Shown here: positions 26,160 to 37,608 of the stretch, piece after piece
Layout of the letters: each line of letters opens with the position of its first letter
How positions within the stretch are numbered: position 1 is the first letter of the stretch
DNA from: Takakia lepidozioides
Taxonomy: Eukaryota > Plantae > Bryophyta
DNA: 64,000 bases
Assembly (NCBI GenBank): GCA_030704615.1
Contig: CM060731.1
Coordinates: 84,072,001-84,136,000 of the forward strand
Direction: 5' to 3'
The notes under the pieces: generated by a model
The model's database searches: none
Seen by the model: only the letters and a program-made list of their open reading frames with translations
Told to the model about the DNA's origin: nothing
Translations under genes and position numbers: made by a program

Positions 26160-29100
26160 AATTTTTATGCGCCACATGAGGCCTCTAACATCCTGAAATG
26201 CAAGGACTTGAAAGGAAGGCATCGCGTATGTACCTGTACAGAAGGCGCATTGCTGCTTTGTCCGCGTTCGGCTGGTCGGTGAACTCGTGGCTCCGGCGGG
26301 CATGGGGTATCTCCCGAAAGAATAGGTCGGTTTTGTACAGCAGAAAGTACCTCGTCACATAGTCGTGTAGGCTCTCTGCTACAGGAGAAATCTCCATCTT
26401 GAACTGATGTGCTTGTGTGTCCAGCTGCTCTTGCGCATTTGTCGTCACCTATGGAGATTCTCCATCAGATCGCTTTCCTGAAAAAATACAATGAATCCAC
26501 CCCCTACAAGAGTAGAAGCGCCAAACGAAGCGTGGGGAAGTACCTGAAACCACCATGTCATGCGGTTCATCCACATGTCAAATGTCGGGTCAGACAGTTT
26601 GTCCGGTTTGGGGAAGCTCCACATGTCCCTTGTACTGTGGGAACCATTCCAGATTTGGAGCCACCGGGTCTGTCCAACCACCCAGCATATTCGTAAGCGC
26701 CAAACACCACAAAAACGAGTTGTTGCCACCACAATTTGGTTAAGAATGTATCACCTTTTCTGTTGCATCCACACATGATGTGGCTAGACGATGGAGCTTC
26801 TCCAATGTCATCGTGGGCTTCAGAGCGCGGGAGTAGTGCTTCCCTACCTCCACCAAAAAGTCGGCACCAAGGGCGGGATCAGCTATGGCCACGTACTTTA
26901 CCATCCGCGACTTGTACTTTATGCGGGCCCTGGCCTCCGCAACTTTGAGATACGATTCGAGTGCCGGGAGGGTTAGATTCTTCTCCTCTGACTCCATGTA
27001 GAACCTCCGCATGTGCCAAATCCTGCTGAATTTTTTGTCTGTCAAGAATGCGCACATAAGATTAGAGATCCTGCTCAACATTTTCTTCTATTGGGGGAGG
27101 AGAGACAGATTAGCTCAACAAAACAGCAGGAGCTTTACCCGAAATATGTAGTCCCCATGGCGTCCATGCTCAGCCTATACCAGGTTCTGTCTGCCTTTGC
27201 CTCCGACTTGCGCAGGAGGTCGGCACTGAGCGAATTGGCAAACTCTTGCACCCCTTGCTTCCCGACATCCTTCACTCGGAAGAGCATATGGGACAAGTTG
27301 GTGGCAATGAAGGCATTCTCAGTCACCCTGCAATGCCACATTTCCATCAAACAATACTGAAATGGGAATTTTGAACAAATATGAGGATTCGCAATGAAAT
27401 GACTTACAAATTTTGGGTCCAAAAGCAAGAGGCGTTGTAACTTACGAGTTGATGTCCGCCATTGTAGCTTTGAGAAGACTGCGATCTTTGGGCCCCGCAA
27501 CCTTCAGCACAACACACTCCACGACGAAATGCCAATCGAGGTCGTTGGGGTGGGCTTCGGCTATGTGCTCCATCCATGCCAGGAGGCGATGATTGCCGTC
27601 CCACACGTAAAACATCTTTCCGGACAAGTGCTGGAAAAGAGGATCAGTAGCAATCGATCTCTCGAACTCCTCATTTCGCCTTTGCCAATGGGGACCCCAT
27701 TTGTCCACCTCATCGGAAGTGTGGGCACGGGAAGCTCCGTGGTTGTTCTCAATGGAAACGTAAAACGCGGCAGACCCCATTCGATATCCATCCCGGAAAG
27801 AGAATTTCAGCTTGTCGATATCACCTGGGAGGGCAGGTCTCACCACCTGCAAAGACACCAAGCGGCAAAGGGGAATTCGAAGCTTGGCCGGGTACACCAT
27901 GCCCCCCAGCACCCTGCCAATGTTGTTGTGGGTTGCCTCCAACATCTTGGCAGCGGCCAACTTCATATCCGCCTCCGACATGACGTCTGCTGCAGAGGGG
28001 TTCTCCGACAGCCCACCAGGACCGCCAAATCCAGCCTGTATGCTGCGGGTTTGGGGCCTGGGGATGTCCGGGAGGATGTCATCCTGGTCAGAAAGCTCGG
28101 TGTCGTCCTCCTCAACATGGTCAACCACTGGCGAAACCACCTCGAGCACTCTCCCCGTCTCTACTGCCATCTCCCCGGCTTCACCTCGATCTTGCACAAT
28201 CCGTGCTCTTTGTGGTGTTCTTTACTCTCCTCCACTCTCCACCGTATGGGTAATTGCGGGGGCTGCTCTTGTCCGCGATGGTGTAACCGGTGTGTTACTG
28301 CCTCTTTGTGGTGTCTTGGAGGGATCCACCGTCTCTGTGCGTCCCTCGCTTACATGGGCATCTGTCATTTCGGCACCCCTGGCCTCTTCAGTGGCATTTT
28401 CTCTTCCTCCTGGCTAGCCTTCTGTCTTGCCTGTTCTTTTGCCCTCTCTTTTGCCCTCTCACGGGCTTTCTGTTTCTTACTAGGGCTAGCAGCAGGGGAG
28501 CCCTCCAGGACGACCACCTTTGATTGAGGAGAACTGACACCCTCGCGCGCACTGCTCACTCCCCCCTCCGCAGCCCGTGACGGCTCTCTCGCCGGGGATT
28601 GCATGTGTTTGGCTTTCTTCTTCTTCTTTGCGTGGGCGGGCCCTACTACATGTGCATCAACAACCTCCATTGTCGGATCTGCTGTCCTCACGTCCTCACG
28701 CCCTTCACCTACCATGCCGCCTGCACCAACCTCCCCAATGCCTATTCTGTCGTACTCTCGCTGCAGGTCCTCCCGTCCACCAACAAAAGGTTTTAGTTTG
28801 CCCTCCCGCCCCAAGTTGGGCGATCCAAACATGCGATGAGTTGGAGCTGTTGATGATACCACCAGCGTGCCGGGCTCGTCGTCACTCTGTCATTCCCGAA
28901 AATCGTGAGAACCAACATCGGAATGAAACCACCATCCGCCACGAGCAGCGCAACCACCATCGCAACAATCGTGGAACAACAATGAAAACAAAACAAAACC
29001 AAGTATGGAACAATGAAAACAAATTCAACCAATGCCTAAGAATGACATGCACAAGCAGCCTTCTCCAGAGCTGCCGGCTTTGCACACGCATTGCAAACTA

Positions 29101-29655
29101 TCTAAGGTTCACTCAACCAGTAACTTGCAGAAATCAACATGAAACACGATGAACAAATGAACACGAATTCCATAAGACGGGAAAACAGGGTGAAATGTTT
29201 TGAAGGCACTTCATCTGCTCAGACAATCTTCTCAGCTCAGCATGGATTTCCTTAATTCCGAGATGCAACCTGTTATCTACAGCGAGGTGTGCACCCTGTC
29301 CTGGCAAGCAATCTGAATGCAGCAACGACCTGGCTCCTTTCTAACCACTCTGACCTTGATCATTCTTCTCAACAACTCGTGCTTTTGCGATGCAACCATG
29401 CGCTTCCAGGGCTGCCAGGCGGAATTTGTAACAAACTAAAAAAACGAAGAAAACCGAAAGAGGAAGGGGGCGGAACTGAGAGTGCTTGGCTTCAGTTGGC
29501 GCGGGCTGTGAGCAAGACAATGGAATTTCCTGCTGGAGCTTAAGTTTGGCCATGCGAGAGGTTGGACGTCGCCCGTAGTACAAAGCCTTCAGCTTCCGCC
29601 GCGGTCTGGATGTGGGGATTCTCTCAGGAGAGCCACGCCCTTCTCCACGCGGCAT
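26160..29655 (-). pseudogene. ParB/Sulfiredoxin-fold domain protein, multi-exon, with basic/low-complexity N-terminus; probably the N-terminal part of the MTase-like gene
   Basis: KLRIPLCRLVSLQVVRPALPGDIDKLKFSF...KMFYVWDGNHRLLAWMEHI (DGNHR at 27586-27600). GT-AG intron 27445-27328, exon 27327-27139, further coding blocks at 27080-26160. NLS-like KKKKKAKH upstream. A stop near 28220 and several frameshifts; the start is uncertain. Confidence 0.7.
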
Positions 29656-29839
29656 AAGTCCCAGCAAAAGAAAAAAGATCTCGCAGTATGTGTGCGTATA
29701 TGCCTCGAATAGAAGTTCATCCAAGTTTAGCATCAGGTTCCCAAGGCGTATCCGGGAAGCAAGCGCGGAATCCTGGTGTCGCCAGCCCGGTTCAAAACCG
29801 ACGGCGGAGGACATTTAATGCGAAACTACGTCAATCGCC

Positions 29840-30320
29840 CGCTGGATGGAAAAAATCGGCGCCGGATATTCCATCCAGCGGATGAAGTATGACGCAACGA
29901 GGCCATCCTCCGCCCGAGCCGTTCTATCCAGGAGACGCCGGATGGAAATCCTGCGCCGCGTTTCCATCCTGCAGGTAATTCGGAGCGCGGGCGGATGGAA
30001 AAACGGCGCCGAATTTCCATCCCAGAGGTAATTCGGAGCGCGGCCGGATGGAAATCCGGCGGCGAATTTCCATCCTGCAGGTAATTCGGAGAGCATCCGG
30101 ATGGAAATCCGGCGCCGAATTTCCATCCTACAGGTAATTCGGAGCGCGGCCGGATGGAAAAACGGCGCCGAATTTCCATCCTAAAGCTAATTCGGAGAGC
30201 GCGGCGGATTTCCATCAAACAGGTAACTCGGAGCGCGGGCGGATGGAAATTCGGCGCCGAATTCCATCCGCCAGTAAGTCGGTCGAAGCGCCGAATTACC
30301 ATCCTGCAGGTAATTCTGAG
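29840..30320. repeat. ~53-bp tandem array of a 30-bp palindrome plus spacer
   Basis: GGATGGAAA..CGGCGCCG.ATTTCCATCC variants at about 29844, 29940, 29993, 30046, 30098, 30152 and 30241, separated by a TGCAGGTAATTCGGAGCGCGG-like spacer. Confidence 0.92.
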
Positions 30321-30439
30321 CGTGGCCGCTTGTTTTTTTGGTCTTAAAAGACACAACCTTAAGTTCTAGACACGGTTTTCAGGGAATTCTCGACTGGTTG
30401 AGAGAAATTCCTTGCTTCTTTTCCATCCCTCGTAGTTCC

Positions 30440-31180
30440 TAAATGGAAATTCGTTGCCGAAATTCAACTTGGCCGCGATTGCGATTAAATGCCGAATGGA
30501 AATTCGGCGCCGGTTTTTCCATCCCCTCCGGCCGAGTCGACTTTATTCCGGCGCCCCCTGTGGATATTCGGTTGCCGGAATTTCCGTCCGGGGGTTGTAT
30601 TGTGACGGCCAGGTGCCGGCCTCTCCCCCCGAGCCGACTGCATCCGAACGGCCCCGGATGTAAATTTCGGCGGTTTTTCCATCCGGGGAGGTTTTTATGT
30701 CGGCCAGTTTTCGGCCTGACCCCCCGACACGACTTCCTTTGGGGGGGCCCGGATGGAAATTCGGCGCCGAATTTCCATCCGAGGGATGTTCTCTGTCGGA
30801 CAAGTGCCGGCCTCTCCGCCCGAGGCGACTTTTTTTCACCGGGCGGCCCCTGTTGGATATTCGGTGCCGAATTCCCGTCCGGGGGTTGTAATGTGACAGC
30901 CATGTGCTGGCCTCCCCCCCCGAGCCGGCTGCATCCGAACGGCCCCGGATTGTAAATTCGGCGCCGTTTTTCCATCGGGGAGGTTTTTATGTCGGCCACT
31001 TTTCGGCCTGACCCCCCGACACGACTTCCTTTGGGGGGGCCCGGATGGAAATTCGGCGCTGAATTTTCCATCCGGGGGATGTTCTCTGTCGGACAGGTGC
31101 CGGCCTCTCGCCCGAGTCGACTTCATCCGGGGCAGCCCTGTTGGATATTCGGTGATTTTCCGATTTCATCGGGGGTTAAT
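30440..31180. repeat. ~290-bp tandem repeat (about 2.5 units) carrying copies of the same palindrome
   Basis: CCGAG.CGACTT...TGGATATTCGG at about 30532, 30820 and 31112; perfect 32-bp palindrome CGGATGGAAATTCGGCGCCGAATTTCCATCCG at 30750-30781. Confidence 0.9.
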
Positions 31181-31249
31181 GTGACGGCCCGGTGCTGGCT
31201 TCTCCCCTTCAGCCGAAATCATTCGGGCGGCCCCCCACTTTCTGACTGC

Positions 31250-33412
31250 ATACCGTTGGCAGTTATTGCGCAAAGACCAGGGGCCGCATTCCGGAGACAA
31301 TGTTCATTAACACTCTAACTGTGGATTTTGAGATAGTTTGGCTCCCTAGATTGGATCAGGCTTCGTCGCTCGGACAAATCGACACCGCATTCCTTCCCAT
31401 CGGTGCATCCCCTTCTACCAGGGAGCTTGCCCCACGCCATCCTGGTAGTCTTGTTGTGCACATCTCCCATGCGGGGAAAACCCGGAGCGCTAAGTGTTAT
31501 TGCCCTCCTCACGAGCATAGAGCTTCATTTCCGTGCAGAGGGGACATCTGCCGTGTGATGGAGAAAACTGTGCGTTCGATACCACCTGAAACGGGGGTCG
31601 GTTTTTTTGGAGGAGGAAAGGAAGGACTCAAACGGCGTTGTTGTCGAGAGTATTGTTGTGCTCCACGATGATTTCGGCGAGTTCCAGCATCGGACAGCGT
31701 CATATACAGGGCAGTTGGGGACTTCATTTGCCCACCAAAAGCACCTTCTATATGGCGCCTTCCACGAAACAATCGCGAACAGAGAGTGGGTACTCACAAG
31801 AGAGAAGTCCGCCAAACGAAGTAAATCCAGAGCCAACCCATTCAATGAAGACGAGCGAGAACCGGGTTGTTCACAACCTGTCCGAGTCCGACGAGGTCAT
31901 GGAAGTTCTGAGATCGTCCTGGAGATCAGGCAAGTCCTCAATGGAGTCAGTGGACGAGGGGAGTCATATTCCCAGCACGAGCACCGCAGTTCGATCATTC
32001 TTGAATATGCGAGAGGGCTTCACATGGATGGACACCGCTTGGAGCTGGCCGGGCTGGACTATAGCAAGTTCGCAATTAAATCGGTTACATGCTTTCCCGC
32101 AGACGTCAACGGTAATATCTTCTTTGAGTTCCCTCCTCGGACGGACTACTCGAGGGCGTTCCGAAATGTTGACAGATATGGATAGAAAACATGACGGTCA
32201 TCCTTGGTGCGTCACCAAAACACCAGCATGAAGATGCTCGATGGTGTGCGGGTGCGTTACGTTGTTTGTGCGGGCGCGTTGCGGTGTTTCTCCCCACCTT
32301 GCTTCCATTTGAAATCCAGAGGTCACAGGAACGAGACCGATTGGACAGGCACAGCTCCATCAACCATTTCGAGCTCAGGAGAAGGTTCGAACTCCAATTT
32401 AAGTGTGCGCATTGCAAAGAACCACCACACTGCATGTCTGTTTGTTTGTAATGTCAAGCAGTTCTATGTGTTGCTCCCGTTTCCTTGACCTCACCCAAGC
32501 TTGCATACCCGTTGGTTACCATTGTCACAAATGGCGAGGGGGAACTTGCGGGAGGCTGCCCACGAGGCAGAGCAGCTCGTTCAGGAGGAGGTAAGTTGAG
32601 GACCGGGTGTCAACCCAAAAGATACAGCTCCAAGCCGCCCCTAAGATGGATTGGCCAGAATTATGTCGGAAGACGGCTCCGATAGAGTTCCTCTCGATGA
32701 GAAGGAAATGGAGGCATTGCTGGAGTCGGTTGTCCCACGATGTCTGTTCACAGAATGTCCGAAACCAATTGTCTCATGCAAACAGGGAAAATTGGCGTGG
32801 CTCGGATATGCCACTCAATTCTGGAGGTGAAGCGACGATGGGATATGACTACATTCATGGAATCAAGTTTTCCAGACAAGGGACTGAGAGCAGATCGTTG
32901 TTTCGTATTCAAAATGTCCACGTGTGGACTTCCTTGGCAGCGGACGAAACTGATCAACAGGATGACGAGAGTGGGGACTGTCAAACAGTTGGTCATGTCG
33001 ACCATATCAAGCGAATTACAAACACCAGTGGGTGACAATGGTTGCACATGTGTACGGGACACCCACTGCAGGATGCTAAGACAATTGCTATTTGTGAGAG
33101 GAAAGGAGAGGACACAAACGGAGATGCTTCTTTGGAAGGGAATATTAATGAACAGATGGCTAAGTGGGGGGATGCCCTCCCATTTCCGCGGTTTCATGGC
33201 GGACAACGCACAAGCGAATTGGGCTGCCATCCGAGGGGTGTACGGGCAAGACCCTAATGTTCCCATGGAAGGCAAGGAGAGATCTATGTGGGTTCCATTT
33301 TCTGCAGAGCCTTTCGCAGTACACAACCAGGCTCGTGGCGACAAGATTCAGAGAGGAGCACCTTCCATGTGTCTTGCGTGGAAGCGCGCTCCCACCTTGG
33401 ATGATGCCGAGA
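31250..33412 (+). mobile_element. Mutator-superfamily-like DDE transposase with N-terminal GCM-like Cys/His domain; frameshifted and truncated by the gap
   Basis: MDRKHDGHPWCVTKT...YVVCAGALRCFSPPC...KCAHCKEPPHC...ACIPVGYHCH (GCM/WRKY-fold-like); CFVFKMS; HVDHIKRI (first D); FRGFMADNAQANWAAIRGVY (second D); CGFHFLQSL (CxxH motif shared by Mutator/hAT/P-type transposases). Confidence 0.7.
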
Positions 33413-33912
33413 NNNNNNNNNNNNNNNNNNNNNNNNNNNNNNNNNNNNNNNNNNNNNNNNNNNNNNNNNNNNNNNNNNNNNNNNNNNNNNNNNNNNNNNN
33501 NNNNNNNNNNNNNNNNNNNNNNNNNNNNNNNNNNNNNNNNNNNNNNNNNNNNNNNNNNNNNNNNNNNNNNNNNNNNNNNNNNNNNNNNNNNNNNNNNNNN
33601 NNNNNNNNNNNNNNNNNNNNNNNNNNNNNNNNNNNNNNNNNNNNNNNNNNNNNNNNNNNNNNNNNNNNNNNNNNNNNNNNNNNNNNNNNNNNNNNNNNNN
33701 NNNNNNNNNNNNNNNNNNNNNNNNNNNNNNNNNNNNNNNNNNNNNNNNNNNNNNNNNNNNNNNNNNNNNNNNNNNNNNNNNNNNNNNNNNNNNNNNNNNN
33801 NNNNNNNNNNNNNNNNNNNNNNNNNNNNNNNNNNNNNNNNNNNNNNNNNNNNNNNNNNNNNNNNNNNNNNNNNNNNNNNNNNNNNNNNNNNNNNNNNNNN
33901 NNNNNNNNNNNN
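33413..33912. other. Assembly gap (500 N)
   Basis: Run of N; flanking sequence on both sides is rich in frameshifts. Confidence 1.
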
Positions 33913-36266
33913 TGGGAAGATGAGCAGGAACGCGCTTTCAAGAGATCAAGGCGAGGTTTGGGAGGTGACCTCGGCGCCTATCTTGAGGACGACCATCAAG
34001 GGGGCGTCCCTTTCAGCTGCATAGGATTGGAGCATGCTGGGGCTTGGAGCGGTGCTCACACAGGTGGATGATGAGGGAAGAGAGTTCGTGTGGCTTATGC
34101 TAGCCGCTCAAACAAACGCTGCAGAGGCAAGTACAGCTCATATGAGGGAGAGTGCTAGCTGCAGAGTGTGGGCGTGGCACAATTCAGGTGCTAATATACG
34201 CAATCTTTTCACCCTTGTCACGGATCACCAAGCCACTCAAGTGGTTGATTGGAGTCAGACAAGCTTACAGGGGAAGCTTGCACGGTGGGCACTTATACTC
34301 CAGGAGTATGACTTTCAGTTGTGCATCGACCGGGTTGGATCGGGATGCGGATGGATTGAGTCGCAATCCATGCATGAGCCAAGCAGGAGACACTGGAGCT
34401 CGGTGGCATGGTGAGACGGCGAGGAGATGGTGCCGGGATGGCACGCATCTGCATTTTTGTGTATCTTGGCATCGGGAGGTCAGATTGGTTGGACCTACAA
34501 CAGGGATGACTGTAGACGGAGTGTCTGAGGACCCTGAGGCTAGTGATGAGCTAGGTGGTGCCAGAGATATACATGAGGATTCGGCTGTGTTGGATACCTC
34601 CGCACGGGAGACACGGCAGCCATTGTGACTGCCAGGAGAGGGATCGGATCCTGCAACGAGCAAGAGGTTCAAGTGGGAGGGGATACACCTACTTCGAGTG
34701 TGGGAGGTGGTCGGGTGAGGATTGTGCCTACCCCAACACAGCGTGCACGGTTAGTGCGGCATGCCCCATGAGGAGTTGGGGCATTTGGAGTGCGACGCAC
34801 TCACAGTTTACTGCAGGGGCAGTATTGGTGGCGTGGTATGCATACAGAGGTGCAACAGTTTGTGGCTAGGTGCATGGTGTGTGACAGGGTTGCGTGCTTC
34901 ATTCAACGCCCCTACACCACAAGTTGCATCCTTTACCTATCAGGGATTGGGTACAGGTGGAGTCTTGACTTCGCAGGACCGTTGCCACTGACTATGCGCC
35001 ACCACAGATATGTGTTGGTGATGGTGGAGCACTTCTCCAAGTGGATTGAGTTGGTTCCATTGCCTGACAAGGCTAGTGAGGGGGCTGCGTATGCATTTTG
35101 GATCGTGTGCTTAGCCGATTTGGTGCTCCAGCTGAGGTACTCACGGACCAAGGGAGAGAGTTCTTGGGGGAGTTTCAGGCTTTGTGTGATAAAGCCTTGA
35201 TAGACCACCGCACCACTTTCGGGATCATCCTGAGCCGATGGCTTAGCAGAGAGAGTGTTCAGACGGTGAGAGGGTGTGAAGAGGGGTTTGCGCAAGTATG
35301 GCTTGCAGAGGGACACCTAGGAGATTGGGATCTTCAGGTTCCTTGGTTAGCCATGGGCTACAGGTTCAGCAAACAGCATCACTTGCCTCCTTCTCACCAT
35401 ATTTCCTTCTCTTTGGCCGAGAGCCGGATTTGCCTGCAGCCATTGTAGGGACACTGCTCAAGTCCTTAACCTTGACGATCCGGACGTGTGGGTACGTGCA
35501 TGTGATCAGCGTGCAGAGTTGTTCAAGAAAGTCATGCCCATGGCTTTTGAGAACCTTGCCATTGCACAGCACCGTGATACGTTGAGGTATGCCACTATAC
35601 GTGGTGGAGGATATCGTCCTGGGGTTCGGAGGTTAGCCCTGGTGACTATGTTTATTTGCAGCAGACTGCTCCTACGACTCTGGATGTTACTGCAGGCGTG
35701 TTATTCTGAGGGTTCGAGAGGTGTTGCCCTCAGGGGTCCTGATCTTGGAGGGTCGGGATGGCATGACTTGGAAGGACCATGTGCGTAATTGTGCGCCATG
35801 TCACCTTCCCAATGTCGATGGCAGAGTTGACCCAAACTTGCAGTGGTACCTGCAGGTTTGAGGTGCATGCTCTGTGGGTCTGCCAAAGGAGCAGCCACCA
35901 TGCTGGTGTGTGATCGATGCTCAAGGGGTTGGCATATGGGATGCTTGACACCACCTCTTGAGAAGGTTCCTGACGGAGATTGGTTGTGTCCACACTGCTT
36001 GGGATAGTGGCAGTGGCATGATGAGGGAGGCAGCTAACAAGACATGGGAGGCCAAGCTCATAGAGTCAATACATGAGATCCCAAGCTCAAGTTCACAGGT
36101 TGCAAGACGGCGACTAACGATGGGGCAACTCTTGCACCCGGCCTCTTGATCTATCGAGTTTGAGTGTAGTAGGGATAGTGTGGAGGACTTAGTGAGGCTA
36201 TGGTCACTATCACATCTTGTGGCTACCTGGACTTAGAGGGACCTAAGCACCAGCTAGGGGGGCGAT
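33913..36266 (+). mobile_element. Ty3/gypsy pol (RNase H, integrase, C-terminal PHD finger), Selgy-like, with 3' UTR and PPT
   Basis: DWSMLGLGAVLTQVDDEGREF, FTLVTDHQ, KLARWALILQEYDF, WSLDFAGPLP...VMVEHFSKWIE, VLTDQGREF. PHD CMLCGSAKGAATMLVCDRCSRGWHMGCLTPPLEKVPDGDWLCPHC (about 35865-35997). Purine tract AGGGGGGCGAT immediately before TG at 36267. Confidence 0.92.
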
Positions 36267-36979
36267 TGTGTGGACTAGTGACTGCCATAGTGGGCAGCGT
36301 AGTGGCAGCCTAGTGACTGACTAGTTGTAGCCTAGTGGTTGGACTAGTGGCTAGAATAGTGGTAGACTAGTGGTATACTAGTGTGTGTGTGCACATGTGT
36401 TTTGTGGTTTTGGACAGCGATGTAGTTGTTTGTAGCGATATGTATGCGCACGACAGCTGTCAAGTTATTTTACCACTAGTGTGAAACTAGCTAGGAAATA
36501 GCTAGCTTTTACATATTGACATTTGGGATTGGCCAAGTGTCAATCCAGGGGTCAAGCAGATTAGGCCCTGGATGGAGTGGTTATCTTCATGGCAAGCGCG
36601 GGAGGCTCATCTTTCTCGAGTTGAGCCTCACCGCGCCTAGCTATGGCGCCGTAGTGTGGATTCCCCATGGCGTGGGGTGCACTTGGCTTGACTTGTATTT
36701 GAGTGATGAGGTTATATATGCATGAGTTTATGCTTCAGCTTTGTGAGCTCGCATGAGCTTGAGCTTGTATATTCTTCTTCTTTATCATTGTGTGGACTAG
36801 TGACATGCCATAGTGGCAGCAGCGTAGTGGCAGCCTAGTGACTGACTAGTTGTAGCCTAGTGGTGGACTAGTGGCTAGACTAGTGGGTAGACTAGTGGTA
36901 TACTAGTGTGTGGTGTGCACATGTGTTGTGTGGTTTTGGACAGCGATGTAGTTGTGTAGCGATATGTATGCGCACGACA
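36267..36979 (+). repeat. 3' LTR with A-B-A structure (two ~190-bp TG...CA copies around a 333-bp spacer)
   Basis: TGTGTGGACTAGTGAC...ATGTATGCGCACGACA at 36267-36455 and 36789-36979. Confidence 0.8.
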
Positions 36980-37209
36980 CTTGGATCATTTATACCCCCT
37001 CTGTACATACATTTTGAAGACTATAAAACCCCCTCCTGTAAATATATAGAAATTTGTAGTCTTTAAAAAGTACCCCCTTCTATATGTATATTTCCCTTTA
37101 CAATCATTAAAAAATAACCTCAAATATGTACACGTATGTTTTTATATTATATCAAGTTTATTCATTTAAAAATAAAATAAAATCTAATGAATTAATAATA
37201 ATAATAAAT

Positions 37210-37427
37210 TGTTTGCCCTCGACAAAATTATCAAAGACTTGGTGTGGAATCTCACTTTGAACAATAAACAGATGCAGAGAGGAAAGGGACATTGTCAATG
37301 CCCGATGTGCAAGAGGCCTGAAGAAAGTTTCCATTTTCTAATACACGGTCCTTGGTATTTTCATCAGAGAGTGGCCCTCTTGAGGACCATCAAGACCTTA
37401 GTCATTGCACCTCTCTTCATCAACTAG
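37210..37427 (+). mobile_element. Diverged C-terminal fragment of the RTEX/CR1-like LINE
   Basis: KQMQRGKGHCQCPMCKRPEESFHFLIHGP compared with KQKQRGKGECDCPLCGQSEDNIHFLIHCP at about 58680-58770. Confidence 0.8.
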
Positions 37428-37608
37428 GACAAGTTTCTGAACTTGTTCTACAGTTTCAACCTTCGCAAGGTCCAATTATGTTCAAAACCTACTGTTGAGA
37501 ATTCCTCTCCGAAAATATTTCATGCACCTTTGCTGCCACTGTCGGAGTCCAACCTGACTCGCAGCTGGCAGAGAATGCATTCAATTAGGTGACAAGCATT
37601 TCATTTCA

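Noticed and set aside
25342-26282. ORFs with repeated MAPNFQFRAPKMAKSLGW peptides
   Set aside because: They are translations of the 146-bp DNA array; the period is not a multiple of three.
27529-28527. 332-aa plus-strand ORF
   Set aside because: Antisense shadow of the ParB-like coding region with no recognisable motifs.
29840-30320. CRISPR-like array (palindromic ~30-bp repeat with spacers)
   Set aside because: The spacers are copies of each other rather than unique, no cas genes are present, and the context is eukaryotic.
29815-31318. Long overlapping ORFs on both strands (WKFGAEF / MEIRRR repeats)
   Set aside because: By-products of GC-rich palindromic repeats with few stop codons.
31440-31560. 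PARP-type zinc finger at the transposase N-terminus (HAGKTRSAKCYC)
   Set aside because: Only a loose resemblance, and the frame is disrupted.
22000-33412. Bacterial contamination as the source of the ParB/MTase region
   Set aside because: It has spliceosomal introns, a host-family LINE inserted within it, and continuity with plant sequence on the left.
32740-34071. 443-aa ORF spanning the N run
   Set aside because: An artefact joining MULE and gypsy sequence across the gap.
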